Positions 53,176 through 62,407 of a stretch of DNA of 64,000 nt are shown here, one piece after another. Position numbers and translations under genes: made by a program. Source of the DNA: Erysipelotrichales bacterium (GTDB taxonomy: Bacteria; Bacillota_I; Bacilli_A; RFN20; CAG-826); the NCBI GenBank assembly GCA_022508535.1, contig JAFLUZ010000008.1:10467-74466 (forward strand), in the 5' to 3' direction. The notes beneath the pieces were generated by a model. The model did not search any database and was not told the origin of the DNA. It saw only the letters and a list, made by a program, of their open reading frames with translations. Every line of letters begins with the position of its first letter. Position 1 is the stretch's first letter.

Positions 53176-53718
53176 TCAATTAGGGAAATACCCCCAAGCA
53201 TCCTCTATTGCAGCGGAATCAGTGTCATCAGTTGTTCCTACTGCTTGAATTGTTTGTGCAATAATCTCTACATCAAACGTAAATCCTTCTGGTGCAGTAA
53301 CATTGTCTTTTAACTTACAACTATTGATTAAATTTGTTGTTTGACCACCACTAGCTACTGATTTATTGTAGTAATAAAAACGATCGCTTAAATTCCAATC
53401 AGCATCATTTAAAACAATCTCATAATCCTGATTTATAATTGGTTTATTATAATATGTATTTCCATTTTCATCTTTCCAATTAAAAATGATTGTTGCTCTT
53501 ACATAAACAGGATATCCTGGATTTCCAACCTTTATAAATACATCTTTCTTTTCACCATTTTCAAATGTTTCTTCAACAGTAGGCATTATTGACTCTGCTG
53601 GAGTAAAAGAATTATTAACATTGTTTGCATCTGCTTTAAAATATGCTATTGTCAATGGAATTGACATGATTACAAGTGCTGTCAATAATATAAATACTTG
53701 AAAAAATCTTTTTTTCAC
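53176..53718 (-). CDS. Secreted protein with SipW-type signal (TasA/BsaA-like fibre subunit)
   Basis: Hydrophobic leader ending LTIAYF; NSFTP..VEETF..K.DV..KV.N.G.PVYVRA; AQTIQA..AW. Confidence 0.7.
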   Translation of the reverse strand: MKKRFFQVFILLTALVIMSIPLTIAYFKADANNVNNSFTPAESIMPTVEETFENGEKKDVFIKVGNPGYPVYVRATIIFNWKDENGNTYYNKPIINQDYEIVLNDADWNLSDRFYYYNKSVASGGQTTNLINSCKLKDNVTAPEGFTFDVEIIAQTIQAVGTTDDTDSAAIEDAWGYFPN

Positions 53719-53761
53719 GATAACAACTCCTTTTTCTATTTAGTAAAACTATTATTTTCGA

Positions 53762-54313
53762 TCAAAGACATTGCTGAATCCATGCTGAGAATGTTAATTC
53801 AAATCCTCCACTTCCTTGATAATATTGACTAACAATTAACTTATTATCTTCCAAAATATAAACATCTTGATTCAAGTCTTCATTAAGTTTTATTTCATTT
53901 TTATATTTATAAGTATCAGTTTCACCTATAACGGGAGCCCAATTATCTTCTCTAATACTAAATGTAATGGTTTCTGGAAAACTATTCTTAACTATTTTTA
54001 CATATAATTCACATGACACCCCAAATGTTCCACTAATAAAAACAAACGGATCTTTTGCTATGTCCACGCCAGGTATTACGTAATCATATTTATTGCCAGA
54101 TTTAGTTAATGATTCTTTATTAATTACATACATGCCATTTTCATATTTTACTTCATGCTCTTTTAGTTCTACTGTTCCAAATTTAGCGACATTCGCATTA
54201 TTTTCAGAAACTTTATTTGCAGCAATATATTTCGAATATGTGGCATCTACAAAAGTTAAAACCAATAGTACGCCTAAAAAAGTTAAGGTCATGTTTTTTA
54301 ACAATTTATCCAT
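53762..54313 (-). CDS. Secreted protein with SipW-type/TasA-like signal
   Basis: Leader ending ATYSKY..ANVAKF; IPGVDIAKDP. Confidence 0.65.
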   Translation of the reverse strand: MDKLLKNMTLTFLGVLLVLTFVDATYSKYIAANKVSENNANVAKFGTVELKEHEVKYENGMYVINKESLTKSGNKYDYVIPGVDIAKDPFVFISGTFGVSCELYVKIVKNSFPETITFSIREDNWAPVIGETDTYKYKNEIKLNEDLNQDVYILEDNKLIVSQYYQGSGGFELTFSAWIQQCL

Positions 54314-54755
54314 AAAATCCTCCATTATACTTACTATATAAGTATATTTTACAATTAGTCTAATGTATATGCAAACTTTTTTACTATAAATTATTGTCTA
54401 CAAAATGAAGTAATATCAATTTACTGGTGGTATTATATAAATTGATTTTTTAATAAATTTAAATTATAAATATCTTATTTTTGTTTAAAAAATAAAAAAA
54501 TCCTAGTCTAATAACTAGAATTTTTTTATGTCGATTAAACGCCTATCACTCCTACAAAAACACAATTAATTACAATTATTATAATACGTTTAATATTGTT
54601 GATTTTTTATAATTATTTGATATGCATTTTCAATTACAAGAACAATAGCGTAATAAATTAGACATATTTCACAAATATAATAGTAATTTTATAACAATCA
54701 AAATGAATATGTTAAAAAGCAGTAGGTATTTTTGAATTTTTGTTGTTTTTTAATA

Positions 54756-55370
54756 TCAAATTTCTAATTTAAAGAAATCGTCACCAATTTTAGCATTTTC
54801 ATCAAGAACTAAAATTCCTCTAACTTGTGGTGCTCCTTCCAAATGTAGTTCACGAGGAGAACAAAGCATTCCATTTGATTTTATACCACGTAGTTCACTT
54901 GGAATAATCTTTTTCCCATCAAACATTGTAGTGCCTAAAGTTGCCACTACTACTTTTTGCCCTACTTTAACATTTGGTGCCCCACAAACAATGTCTAACA
55001 CTTCATCTTTTACATCTACTGTTAAAACATGCATATGATCAGAATCGGGATGCTCTTCACAAGTTAAGACATGTCCAATTTTAAATCCTGATTCTTCTTT
55101 ATAATCTAAAGTTTCTACTTCTGCGTTTGTTAAGATATTATTAATAACATCAATCATTTCTTTCATTGGAAGCACGATTAATCCTTTTGATTTAATCTTT
55201 AAAACGCTTGAAATGTTGAAAATATTGATACCGATTAATTTATCGTTTTTATATAAACTAACGACATCTCCACTTACTACTTTTTTATCTGGTTTAGTAT
55301 CCAAATCTTTAACGATAAGTAAGACATCACCAATCGTGTGATAATCGTAAAATAATGCGTAATCTTTCAT
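54756..55370 (-). CDS. ytpR: YtpR-family tRNA-binding protein (DUF4479 + OB fold)
   Basis: IGDVLLI N-terminus; HPDSDHM..IVCGAPN..LRGIKSNGMLCS. Confidence 0.88.
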   Translation of the reverse strand: MKDYALFYDYHTIGDVLLIVKDLDTKPDKKVVSGDVVSLYKNDKLIGINIFNISSVLKIKSKGLIVLPMKEMIDVINNILTNAEVETLDYKEESGFKIGHVLTCEEHPDSDHMHVLTVDVKDEVLDIVCGAPNVKVGQKVVVATLGTTMFDGKKIIPSELRGIKSNGMLCSPRELHLEGAPQVRGILVLDENAKIGDDFFKLEI

Positions 55371-56455
55371 TATCTTCTTGCTCCTAACAATTCATCAAAT
55401 TCACTTGTGTTTAATCTTTTTAACATTACTAACAATGATTCTCTTGCAGAAATATAGTCATTAGTATCAAAAATAGTTGAGCAAGTATGAATGCTACGAG
55501 CACAAATACAATGTGTTAAAGTTAAAACTCCATCTCTTAATTTATGGATATTACCTGCGTCTGTTCCACCTGGAGAATCAAAATATTGATAGTTTACTTT
55601 TGCCTCTTCGCAACACTTAACTTGGAAATCTAATAGTTCTTTAAATGCAATCATATTTCCATCCATAAAGCGTACCAATACACCTTTTCCGAGTTGCCCT
55701 AAAGCAGATGTGTCTCCACTTGTATCTCGTGCTGGAGAACAATCTAAAACGATAGCCAAATCAGGATTTACTAAATAGCCAGATGTCATTCCACCACGAC
55801 ATCCAACTTCTTCCTGCACTGATCCACCAACATATAAATCATAATCAAGTTCGACATCTTTAAGTGATTCTAACATCTCTAAACCAAGAACTAGACCGTA
55901 TCGATCATCAACAGCTTTAGTTAAGATTCGTTCTTCGCCATTAAGTACTTCCATTTTCCCTTCAATGACCATCATTGCACCAATATAAACACCGTTATTA
56001 AGCGCATCTTCTTTAGAGATAAATCCAAAGTCAAAAAGCATATTGCTTATATCAGTTTTAGTTCCTTCTGCACCTTTTAGTAAATGAGGTGGGAGTGAGG
56101 CAATCGCACCTTTAAGATATCTTCCATCTTTCGTTTTTAATAAAACACGTGATGAAAGTAATGTTTCACTATTTAATCCACCAACAGGATTTGCTTTGAT
56201 CATACCGTTAGGTAAAATATTTACAACCATAAAGCCAACTTCATCCATATGGGCAACTAAAAATACTTTCTTAGCATTTTCTTTTTTTGATTTTTTAACA
56301 GCAATAATTGAGCCTAATTTATCAAACATTAAATCTAAACCTAAATCAGAATATGCTTTCTTTAGATATGCTCGTATTTCATCTTCTTGACCAGCAATAC
56401 CATTAAGTTGCGTTAAATCTTCAAATAATTGTAATTGGTGTTTATTTAGCTTCAT
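55370..56455 (-). CDS. M42-family (glutamyl) aminopeptidase
   Basis: AHMDEVGF, KAVDDR, QEEVG.RG, GGTDAG, RSIH. Confidence 0.93.
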   Translation of the reverse strand: MKLNKHQLQLFEDLTQLNGIAGQEDEIRAYLKKAYSDLGLDLMFDKLGSIIAVKKSKKENAKKVFLVAHMDEVGFMVVNILPNGMIKANPVGGLNSETLLSSRVLLKTKDGRYLKGAIASLPPHLLKGAEGTKTDISNMLFDFGFISKEDALNNGVYIGAMMVIEGKMEVLNGEERILTKAVDDRYGLVLGLEMLESLKDVELDYDLYVGGSVQEEVGCRGGMTSGYLVNPDLAIVLDCSPARDTSGDTSALGQLGKGVLVRFMDGNMIAFKELLDFQVKCCEEAKVNYQYFDSPGGTDAGNIHKLRDGVLTLTHCICARSIHTCSTIFDTNDYISARESLLVMLKRLNTSEFDELLGARR

Positions 56456-57092
56456 TACTTTTTCCTACCTTTGCTATTAATTTTTTAATTGGTGTATTAA
56501 TATTTCTGAAATATGTTTCATATTCCGTTTGAACATCATTTTGGTCTTTACCATCATAATCAAAATTAACTAATTCTAATTCATAACCATTTTCCTTAAA
56601 ACTCTCTAAAGAAAATTCAAACAAATCAAGATTATCAGTTTTCATTACAATTCTACCATCTTCTTTTAAAATAGTTTTATATCTATCTAAAAAAGTTTTA
56701 TATGTTAATCTTCTTTTAGCATGTCTTTTCTTTGGCCACGGATCAGAGAAATTCAAATAAATTTTATCCATAGAATGATGGGGTAAAGCTTCAAACACTT
56801 GTTCAACATCATCACATATCAATAAAACGTTTTTTAGCCCTTCTGAAACAATTTTCTTTGCCGTTATAGCAAGACACGTAACATTCTTCTCAATGCCAAT
56901 AAAATATCCGTTTGAGTTATTTTTTGCCATGTTAAGAATAAAGTCACCTTTTCCTGTTCCTATTTCTAAGAAAAGTGGGTTGTTTTTAGTGAAGTTCACT
57001 AGCGTTTCGTTTTTATAGTCTGCCCCATAAAGGGCAATCTCAGGGTGGTCATTTAGAAAAGGCACTGACCACTTCTTATTTTTCATTCTCAT
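56442..57092 (-). CDS. trmB: tRNA (guanine-N7)-methyltransferase
   Basis: LEIGTGKG, LNFSDPWPKKRHAKRRLT, KTDN, TEYE. Confidence 0.97.
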   Translation of the reverse strand: MRMKNKKWSVPFLNDHPEIALYGADYKNETLVNFTKNNPLFLEIGTGKGDFILNMAKNNSNGYFIGIEKNVTCLAITAKKIVSEGLKNVLLICDDVEQVFEALPHHSMDKIYLNFSDPWPKKRHAKRRLTYKTFLDRYKTILKEDGRIVMKTDNLDLFEFSLESFKENGYELELVNFDYDGKDQNDVQTEYETYFRNINTPIKKLIAKVGKSNEAK

Positions 57093-58438
57093 AGTTTTGA
57101 TAAGTACATAATCGCAGTTGCATAAATCGAAATTGATTTTTCAAAATCACATAAATGAATACTTTCATTAGCATCATGAATTTTATCATTTCGACCTGGA
57201 AATGCAGAACCAAAGGCAATAGTGTTCTTACATTCTTTAGCGTATGTACCTCCTCCAATTGTCATTATTTCACTCTTATAATCACCTGTTACATCTTGAT
57301 AAGCTTTTAAAAGTGTTTGAACCATTTCTGAGTTTGGATCAAAGAGTAAATGTTTTGATTCGCTCATCAAAGTTGTTTTAAGTGGTAATTTTTTATTTAA
57401 TGAAATAATTACTTTTTCAATTTTTACATTTTCTGGATAACGGAAGTTAACTTGCATTACAAATTTATTATTTTCATAATTAATTAATCCAACATTATAT
57501 GTTGAATTGTGGAGTAATGGAGTTTCAAAATATAAGTCTAAATTCTTACCAAATGGTTCATCGTATGCTTTAGTTAGCATATTTAAAAATTCATTTTTAT
57601 AATGTTTTCCAATTATTTTTAAAAGTTCAAGTCCGGCATTAACTCCATCTTGAGGCAAAGATCCATGACTTGCTTTACCGAATAAAGTAACTTCCATTTT
57701 GTCTTCAAAATATTTAATTTCATATTTATGTTTAGAATCTTTCAATGAATTTTCTAAACTTTCATCTTTAATTAAAAGAGCCTTTGCAACATCTGGTACA
57801 GAGTTAATTACAACACCTGCATCAAATTTAATTAACGGATATAAATCAACATCCATCTCTGATTTATAATTAGAAATTCCTTTTTCACCATAAATTAAAG
57901 GGAAATCGCCATCTGGAGTAAAACCATAATCAGGATTAGGTTTATGTAAAACATGGAAATAGTGTTCTAAACATCTACTACCTTTTTCTTCATTTCCACC
58001 TATTACTAATCGAACTTGATATTTTCCTAAGTCAAAGTTATCTTTGAGGTATTTTAAAGCATAGAACGCTGCCATTGCCGGTCCTTTATCGTCACTTGTT
58101 CCTCTTCCATACATTACCTCACCATCAATAATTCCTGAAAATGGTGGATGAATCCAATCACCAGATACAGGAACAACATCAGCGTGAGCGTAAAGTGAGA
58201 TAAGTTTTGGTCCATTACCTAATTTAATTTCTGTGCAATATCCTTCACATTCATCAACTTCAAATCCCGCATCTTTAGCAAGACGTGCGATAAATTGAAG
58301 AGCGTTATACACTCCTTCTCCAAATGGTTTAAGAGGTTTAGCGTTAATAGAATCATCAATCGAATTAATTTGAATCCATTTTGAAAGATTATCTAACGCT
58401 TCGCTTAGATTTTGTTTTACAAATTCCTCTAATTCCAT
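57089..58438 (-). CDS. pepV: PepV/Sapep-family M20 dipeptidase
   Basis: HADVVP, GRGTSDDKGP, GNEE, HGSLPQDG.NA, GGGTYA. Confidence 0.9.
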   Translation of the reverse strand: MELEEFVKQNLSEALDNLSKWIQINSIDDSINAKPLKPFGEGVYNALQFIARLAKDAGFEVDECEGYCTEIKLGNGPKLISLYAHADVVPVSGDWIHPPFSGIIDGEVMYGRGTSDDKGPAMAAFYALKYLKDNFDLGKYQVRLVIGGNEEKGSRCLEHYFHVLHKPNPDYGFTPDGDFPLIYGEKGISNYKSEMDVDLYPLIKFDAGVVINSVPDVAKALLIKDESLENSLKDSKHKYEIKYFEDKMEVTLFGKASHGSLPQDGVNAGLELLKIIGKHYKNEFLNMLTKAYDEPFGKNLDLYFETPLLHNSTYNVGLINYENNKFVMQVNFRYPENVKIEKVIISLNKKLPLKTTLMSESKHLLFDPNSEMVQTLLKAYQDVTGDYKSEIMTIGGGTYAKECKNTIAFGSAFPGRNDKIHDANESIHLCDFEKSISIYATAIMYLSKL

Positions 58439-58468
58439 AAAAGCCACTTCCCTTTCACTTTATTTCTA

Positions 58469-58996
58469 CTATTTCTTTACTATTTTTATAATTCTTATAA
58501 TTGCTGGCGCAAGCATAATATTGATAGCCACTTCAATTAAGAAGTTAACACTAACAAGAATTGATATTAATTCTCCAAAAACGCCTTGGAAAAATATCAA
58601 TGATCCAATAATAAATAACGATGTATTCACAATTGGAACTATTAATGCAGTAGCAAATGTACTTATGATTTCATTTTTACCTGATAACCACTTATACAAA
58701 TATCCTGCAAGTAAACCTGCAACTGAAGTTTTAAGAAGACACACGATTACTGTTCCAATAGGACTGACAGCAAAGAATGCTTGGGCAGATAACATAACAA
58801 ATCCACCGTTTATAAGTCCCACAAAGAATCCCGCATATGGTCCAAATATAATCGCCGCTAATACGATTGGAATTAAGGATAAATTAATACTAATTCCACC
58901 GATTATAATATAGTTAGATACTATTGTTAAAATAATTGTTAAAGCAGACAATACTGCAATACCTGCAATTTGTCTTATTTTTTGTTGTTTATTCAT
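58469..58996 (-). CDS. panT: ECF transporter S component, PanT-like (pantothenate)
   Basis: Multi-TM S-component pattern (IP....A..FGP..G..VG); overlaps coaX. Confidence 0.7.
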   Translation of the reverse strand: MNKQQKIRQIAGIAVLSALTIILTIVSNYIIIGGISINLSLIPIVLAAIIFGPYAGFFVGLINGGFVMLSAQAFFAVSPIGTVIVCLLKTSVAGLLAGYLYKWLSGKNEIISTFATALIVPIVNTSLFIIGSLIFFQGVFGELISILVSVNFLIEVAINIMLAPAIIRIIKIVKK

Positions 58997-59744
58997 GTCT
59001 ATTTTTTAAATATATAACTCTTAATCCGTCTAAGATCAAATTAAAGTCATATGTAAACCTTTCTAAATCATTAATAATATGGGCAAATCCACCTGTTATA
59101 ACTTTGTTAGTGCTGTAGCCCAATTCTTTTTCCATTTCACTAACAAGGCTTTGAATCATCAATTTTGTACCCGTAACAATACCTGCGTTCATGCAATCAG
59201 TAGTGTTTTTACAAATTACACTTTTTGGATACTCAAGAGATATTTCGCTTAACTTTGCAGCCTTACCTGCCAAAGCTTCCATCGAGATTTTAAGTCCCGC
59301 AGCGATGATTCCTCCAACAAAGGCTCCTTTATCATCAATGACAAAGATTTTAGTCGCAGTACCTAAGTCTACGACAATAGTTTTTGGTCCATATTTTGCT
59401 ATGGCACCTACGCCGTCACATACCAAATCCGCTCCTAATTCATTAGGGTTATCAATGCGAATTGGTAAACCTGTCTTAATACCAGCTTCTACTAGTATTG
59501 GCTCAACTCCGTATAAGTACCTGACGGCAGTCTTGAGAACATGATTCAAGCTCGGTACTACGGATGAAATGATTACGCCTTCAATTTTCTCTTTATAATC
59601 TTTCAAAAGAGAATCTAGAACTAAGGCGTACTCGTCACCAGATTTATTTATGTCTGTCGAAGTACGGAAAGTCTTAATAACTTTTTCGTCATCGCAAACG
59701 CCAATAAATAAATTGGTGTTTCCTAAGTCTAATGTTAAAAACAT
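58989..59744 (-). CDS. coaX: Type III pantothenate kinase
   Basis: LDLGNTN, SSVVP, ELGADL, VDLGTAT, ITGG. Confidence 0.95.
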   Translation of the reverse strand: MFLTLDLGNTNLFIGVCDDEKVIKTFRTSTDINKSGDEYALVLDSLLKDYKEKIEGVIISSVVPSLNHVLKTAVRYLYGVEPILVEAGIKTGLPIRIDNPNELGADLVCDGVGAIAKYGPKTIVVDLGTATKIFVIDDKGAFVGGIIAAGLKISMEALAGKAAKLSEISLEYPKSVICKNTTDCMNAGIVTGTKLMIQSLVSEMEKELGYSTNKVITGGFAHIINDLERFTYDFNLILDGLRVIYLKNRHE

Positions 59745-59989
59745 AATTTCCTCCTGCTACGATCAATAAATGTATCGTGCATTGTTATTATATAACAATT
59801 ATTTGTTAATACCAAAAGTAAAATGCTTACAATAGTTAAAAAACAACTCATTAAAAGTAGTTTATCTCAAATTTGTCTCAATTTAATAAATTAATCCGAT
59901 TTTTAAGTTTGTCTCACCTATAAGTAATAATGAAGGGACTAGAAAAGTCTAGGCGCGCAAAACTCCTGCTCAGAACGGAGATGATGTCT

Positions 59990-60028
59990 ATGAGAAATAA
60001 AAAACTCACTGATGGAATCTCTAATTAA
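59990..60028 (+). CDS. Putative 12-aa leader peptide MRNKKLTDGISN
   Basis: Same position, length and stop/RBS overlap as copy 1. Confidence 0.5.
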   Translation: MRNKKLTDGISN

Positions 60029-60042
60029 GGAAGGAGATTTCG

Positions 60043-60141
60043 TTGGTGAGTTTACTTATCAATATTGCAAGTATAATTGTGAATTTAATAAGCATTATAA
60101 CTACAGTTATCGAAATTATTAGAAATAATAAGAGTAAATAG
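60043..60141 (+). CDS. Putative type I toxin, 32-aa peptide MVSLLINIASIIVNLISIITTVIEIIRNNKSK
   Basis: AAGGAAGGAG RBS; 23/32 identical to copy 1, mostly conservative changes. Confidence 0.75.
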   Translation: MVSLLINIASIIVNLISIITTVIEIIRNNKSK

Positions 60142-60144
60142 AAA

Positions 60145-60227
60145 CAAAAAAGCCGCTCTGAACATTCAATCTTAGGCGGCTGATTAGCAGTTGAGTTAGT
60201 CACTAGGTTGATCTAGGACCTTCCTCA
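60145..60227 (-). ncRNA. Putative antisense antitoxin RNA (copy 2)
   Basis: Minus-strand TTGCAA(60257-62)-18bp-TATAAT(60233-38); AGCCGC...GCGGCT plus T-run terminator. Confidence 0.58.
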
Positions 60228-60290
60228 TTTATATTATATAGCAAGTATTAAATATTTTGCAAAATATTTTTAGAAAACCAATACTAAAAT

Positions 60291-61028
60291 CTAAGATAGC
60301 CAATAACTTTTCTTAAGAGGCAGTTCACCATCTTTTCTTTGCTTAATGGCCTTTTTAATTAATTTTCTTTTTCCATCAACAAAATCGTATACATCAATAT
60401 AATCTTCATCAATATTTTTAGGAAAAATTACTTTGCCATTTGGTTTATATTTTTTTTCTACATTTTTGCTAATATTATGAGCAAAATCAAGATCTTGTTC
60501 AAAAAGATAGTAAATCGAAAATGATGCTATAGGATCATTATGATCAAAAAATATACATTTATATCTTACCTTTTTTACATCATATTCCATGACTTGTAGA
60601 TAATTAATATTGTCAGTGTTTTCATTAAACAAAGGAACGTAATATACGATATCACCAAAATTAAATTTTGTTTTTCGAGGTAGATATTCTCCACCCCAAT
60701 GTCTAAAAGCTTTTCTAATTAATTTTTGTTTTTTACCATCAAATTCATAAATATCGTAATAATTATCATCAAGATTTTTTGGAAATATTGGTCCACCTTC
60801 TAAATACCATCTCGCACGTATAGGATCAACTTTATCAATAAAATCAATGTCTTCTTCTTTAAAATAAATGATAGTAAAAAAAGATTGTGGAGCTAATGCA
60901 TCAAATGATATGCATTTATATTTTTGCATATTTTCGTCATATTCCATTACTTGCATATAATCTATACCAGTAGAATTGTCTTCTAAAAATGAAACATTAT
61001 ATACAATATCGCCAAAATGAAATTTCAT
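60291..61028 (-). CDS. Hypothetical protein made of two tandem ~120-aa repeats
   Basis: KF.FGDIVY.V...I.Y.QVMEYD....YKCI.FD...FPKN.D..Y.D.Y.F.....KLI.KA occurs twice. Confidence 0.8.
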   Translation of the reverse strand: MKFHFGDIVYNVSFLEDNSTGIDYMQVMEYDENMQKYKCISFDALAPQSFFTIIYFKEEDIDFIDKVDPIRARWYLEGGPIFPKNLDDNYYDIYEFDGKKQKLIRKAFRHWGGEYLPRKTKFNFGDIVYYVPLFNENTDNINYLQVMEYDVKKVRYKCIFFDHNDPIASFSIYYLFEQDLDFAHNISKNVEKKYKPNGKVIFPKNIDEDYIDVYDFVDGKRKLIKKAIKQRKDGELPLKKSYWLS

Positions 61029-61051
61029 ATCTTCGCTCCATTGATTTAGAA

Positions 61052-61564
61052 CTATTTAATGCCCTTCTTTTTAACATTAACATATGTTAAAAATTGTATT
61101 TCATAATCTCCATCTTGAATAACTTCACTACTTTCACTTAAAACAAAATCATTATTTTCATCAAGATTAGTAAAAAACACTTCTGCCTTTCCATCCGCAT
61201 GAACTTTTGTTAAAAGCACTTTATCTACATAGGGTAGAGTTTGATTATAAATTGATGCTCCACCAATGACATAAACATCTTCACATTTTGAAAATTCGTT
61301 TATTTTATTTAAAAATTCTTCAAAAGTATGAACGTTAATAACTCCTTCATAATTATGAGTTGGATCTTTTGATAAAACAATATGCGTTCTATTTTTTAGT
61401 GGCTTACTATTTGGAAAAGATAGTAAAGTATTTTCCCCCATACATACCACATGATTAAGTGTGGTTTCACGGAAAAATTTCATATCTTTAGGAAGTGAAA
61501 AAAGTAAACCGTTTTTCTTTCCTATTCCCCAATTTATATCACAATTTAAAATTGAAATAATCAT
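61052..61564 (-). CDS. folA: Dihydrofolate reductase
   Basis: GIGKKNGL..DMKFFRETT..MGENT..KPLKNR..VIGGASIY. Confidence 0.95.
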   Translation of the reverse strand: MIISILNCDINWGIGKKNGLLFSLPKDMKFFRETTLNHVVCMGENTLLSFPNSKPLKNRTHIVLSKDPTHNYEGVINVHTFEEFLNKINEFSKCEDVYVIGGASIYNQTLPYVDKVLLTKVHADGKAEVFFTNLDENNDFVLSESSEVIQDGDYEIQFLTYVNVKKKGIK

Positions 61565-61565
61565 A

Positions 61566-62396
61566 TTATATCGCCACCGGAATCTTTTTATCTAATTCTT
61601 CGTATTCATAGTCTTCTAACTTAAATGAATCAACTGTAAAATCATAAAAGTTTGTAATTGATTTATCAATTATTAATTTAGGTGCTTTATGTTGTGGTTT
61701 ATCAATAATTTCTTTTACGATATCAACGTGTCTATCGTAAATATGAGCATCCGCAATAACGTGCACTAATTCTCCGACCTTAAGACCTGATACTTGAGCA
61801 AACATTATAAGAAGCAAAGAGTATTGTAAGACATTCCAGTTGTTCGCTGTTAACATATCATTACTTCTTTGATTTAAAATACCATTTAATGTATCACCAA
61901 CAACATTAAAGGTCATTGAATATGCACATGGATAAAGATTCATTTCATGTAAATCTTCAAAATTATAAATATTAGTCATAATGCGTCTTGATTGAGGATT
62001 ATGTTTTAAATCATATAAAACACGATCAACTTGATCAAATTCTCCTTCGGGATATTTGGATTTTTTCGCTAATTGATAACCATAAGCTTTTCCAATTGAG
62101 CCATTTTCATCAGCCCATGAATCCCAGATATGACTTTTTAAATCATGAATATTATTAGACTTCTTTTGCCAAATCCAAAGTAGTTCATCTAGACATGATT
62201 TAAAAGCTGTTTTTCTAATCGTTAAAATTGGTAATTCTTCTTGTAAGTTATAGCGATTAACTATACAAAACTTTTTCACAGTATGAGCCGGAGTTCCATC
62301 ATCCCAATGTGGTCGAACTTTTAAATCTGTATCCCAAAAGCCATTTTCAAGAATGTCTTTCATATTTTTCACAAATATTTCATCTGCTTTTGACAT
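61566..62396 (-). CDS. thyA: Thymidylate synthase
   Basis: ELLWIW, IWDSWADE, AYGYQ, LYPC, QRSND, HIYDRH. Confidence 0.97.
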   Translation of the reverse strand: MSKADEIFVKNMKDILENGFWDTDLKVRPHWDDGTPAHTVKKFCIVNRYNLQEELPILTIRKTAFKSCLDELLWIWQKKSNNIHDLKSHIWDSWADENGSIGKAYGYQLAKKSKYPEGEFDQVDRVLYDLKHNPQSRRIMTNIYNFEDLHEMNLYPCAYSMTFNVVGDTLNGILNQRSNDMLTANNWNVLQYSLLLIMFAQVSGLKVGELVHVIADAHIYDRHVDIVKEIIDKPQHKAPKLIIDKSITNFYDFTVDSFKLEDYEYEELDKKIPVAI

Positions 62397-62407
62397 ATTT
62401 TTACCTC

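Larger units (their letters stand above)
59867..60238 (+). repeat. Dispersed repeat copy 2, putative type I toxin-antitoxin module
   Basis: Colinear with 19824-20199. Confidence 0.92.

Noticed and set aside
59755-59782. Hairpin just upstream of the coaX RBS as a possible riboswitch
   Set aside because: Short, imperfect stem with no recognisable aptamer; insufficient support.
60021-60203. 60-aa minus-strand ORF in the ORF track
   Set aside because: Antisense shadow of the toxin peptide that runs through a terminator, with no matching ORF listed for copy 1.
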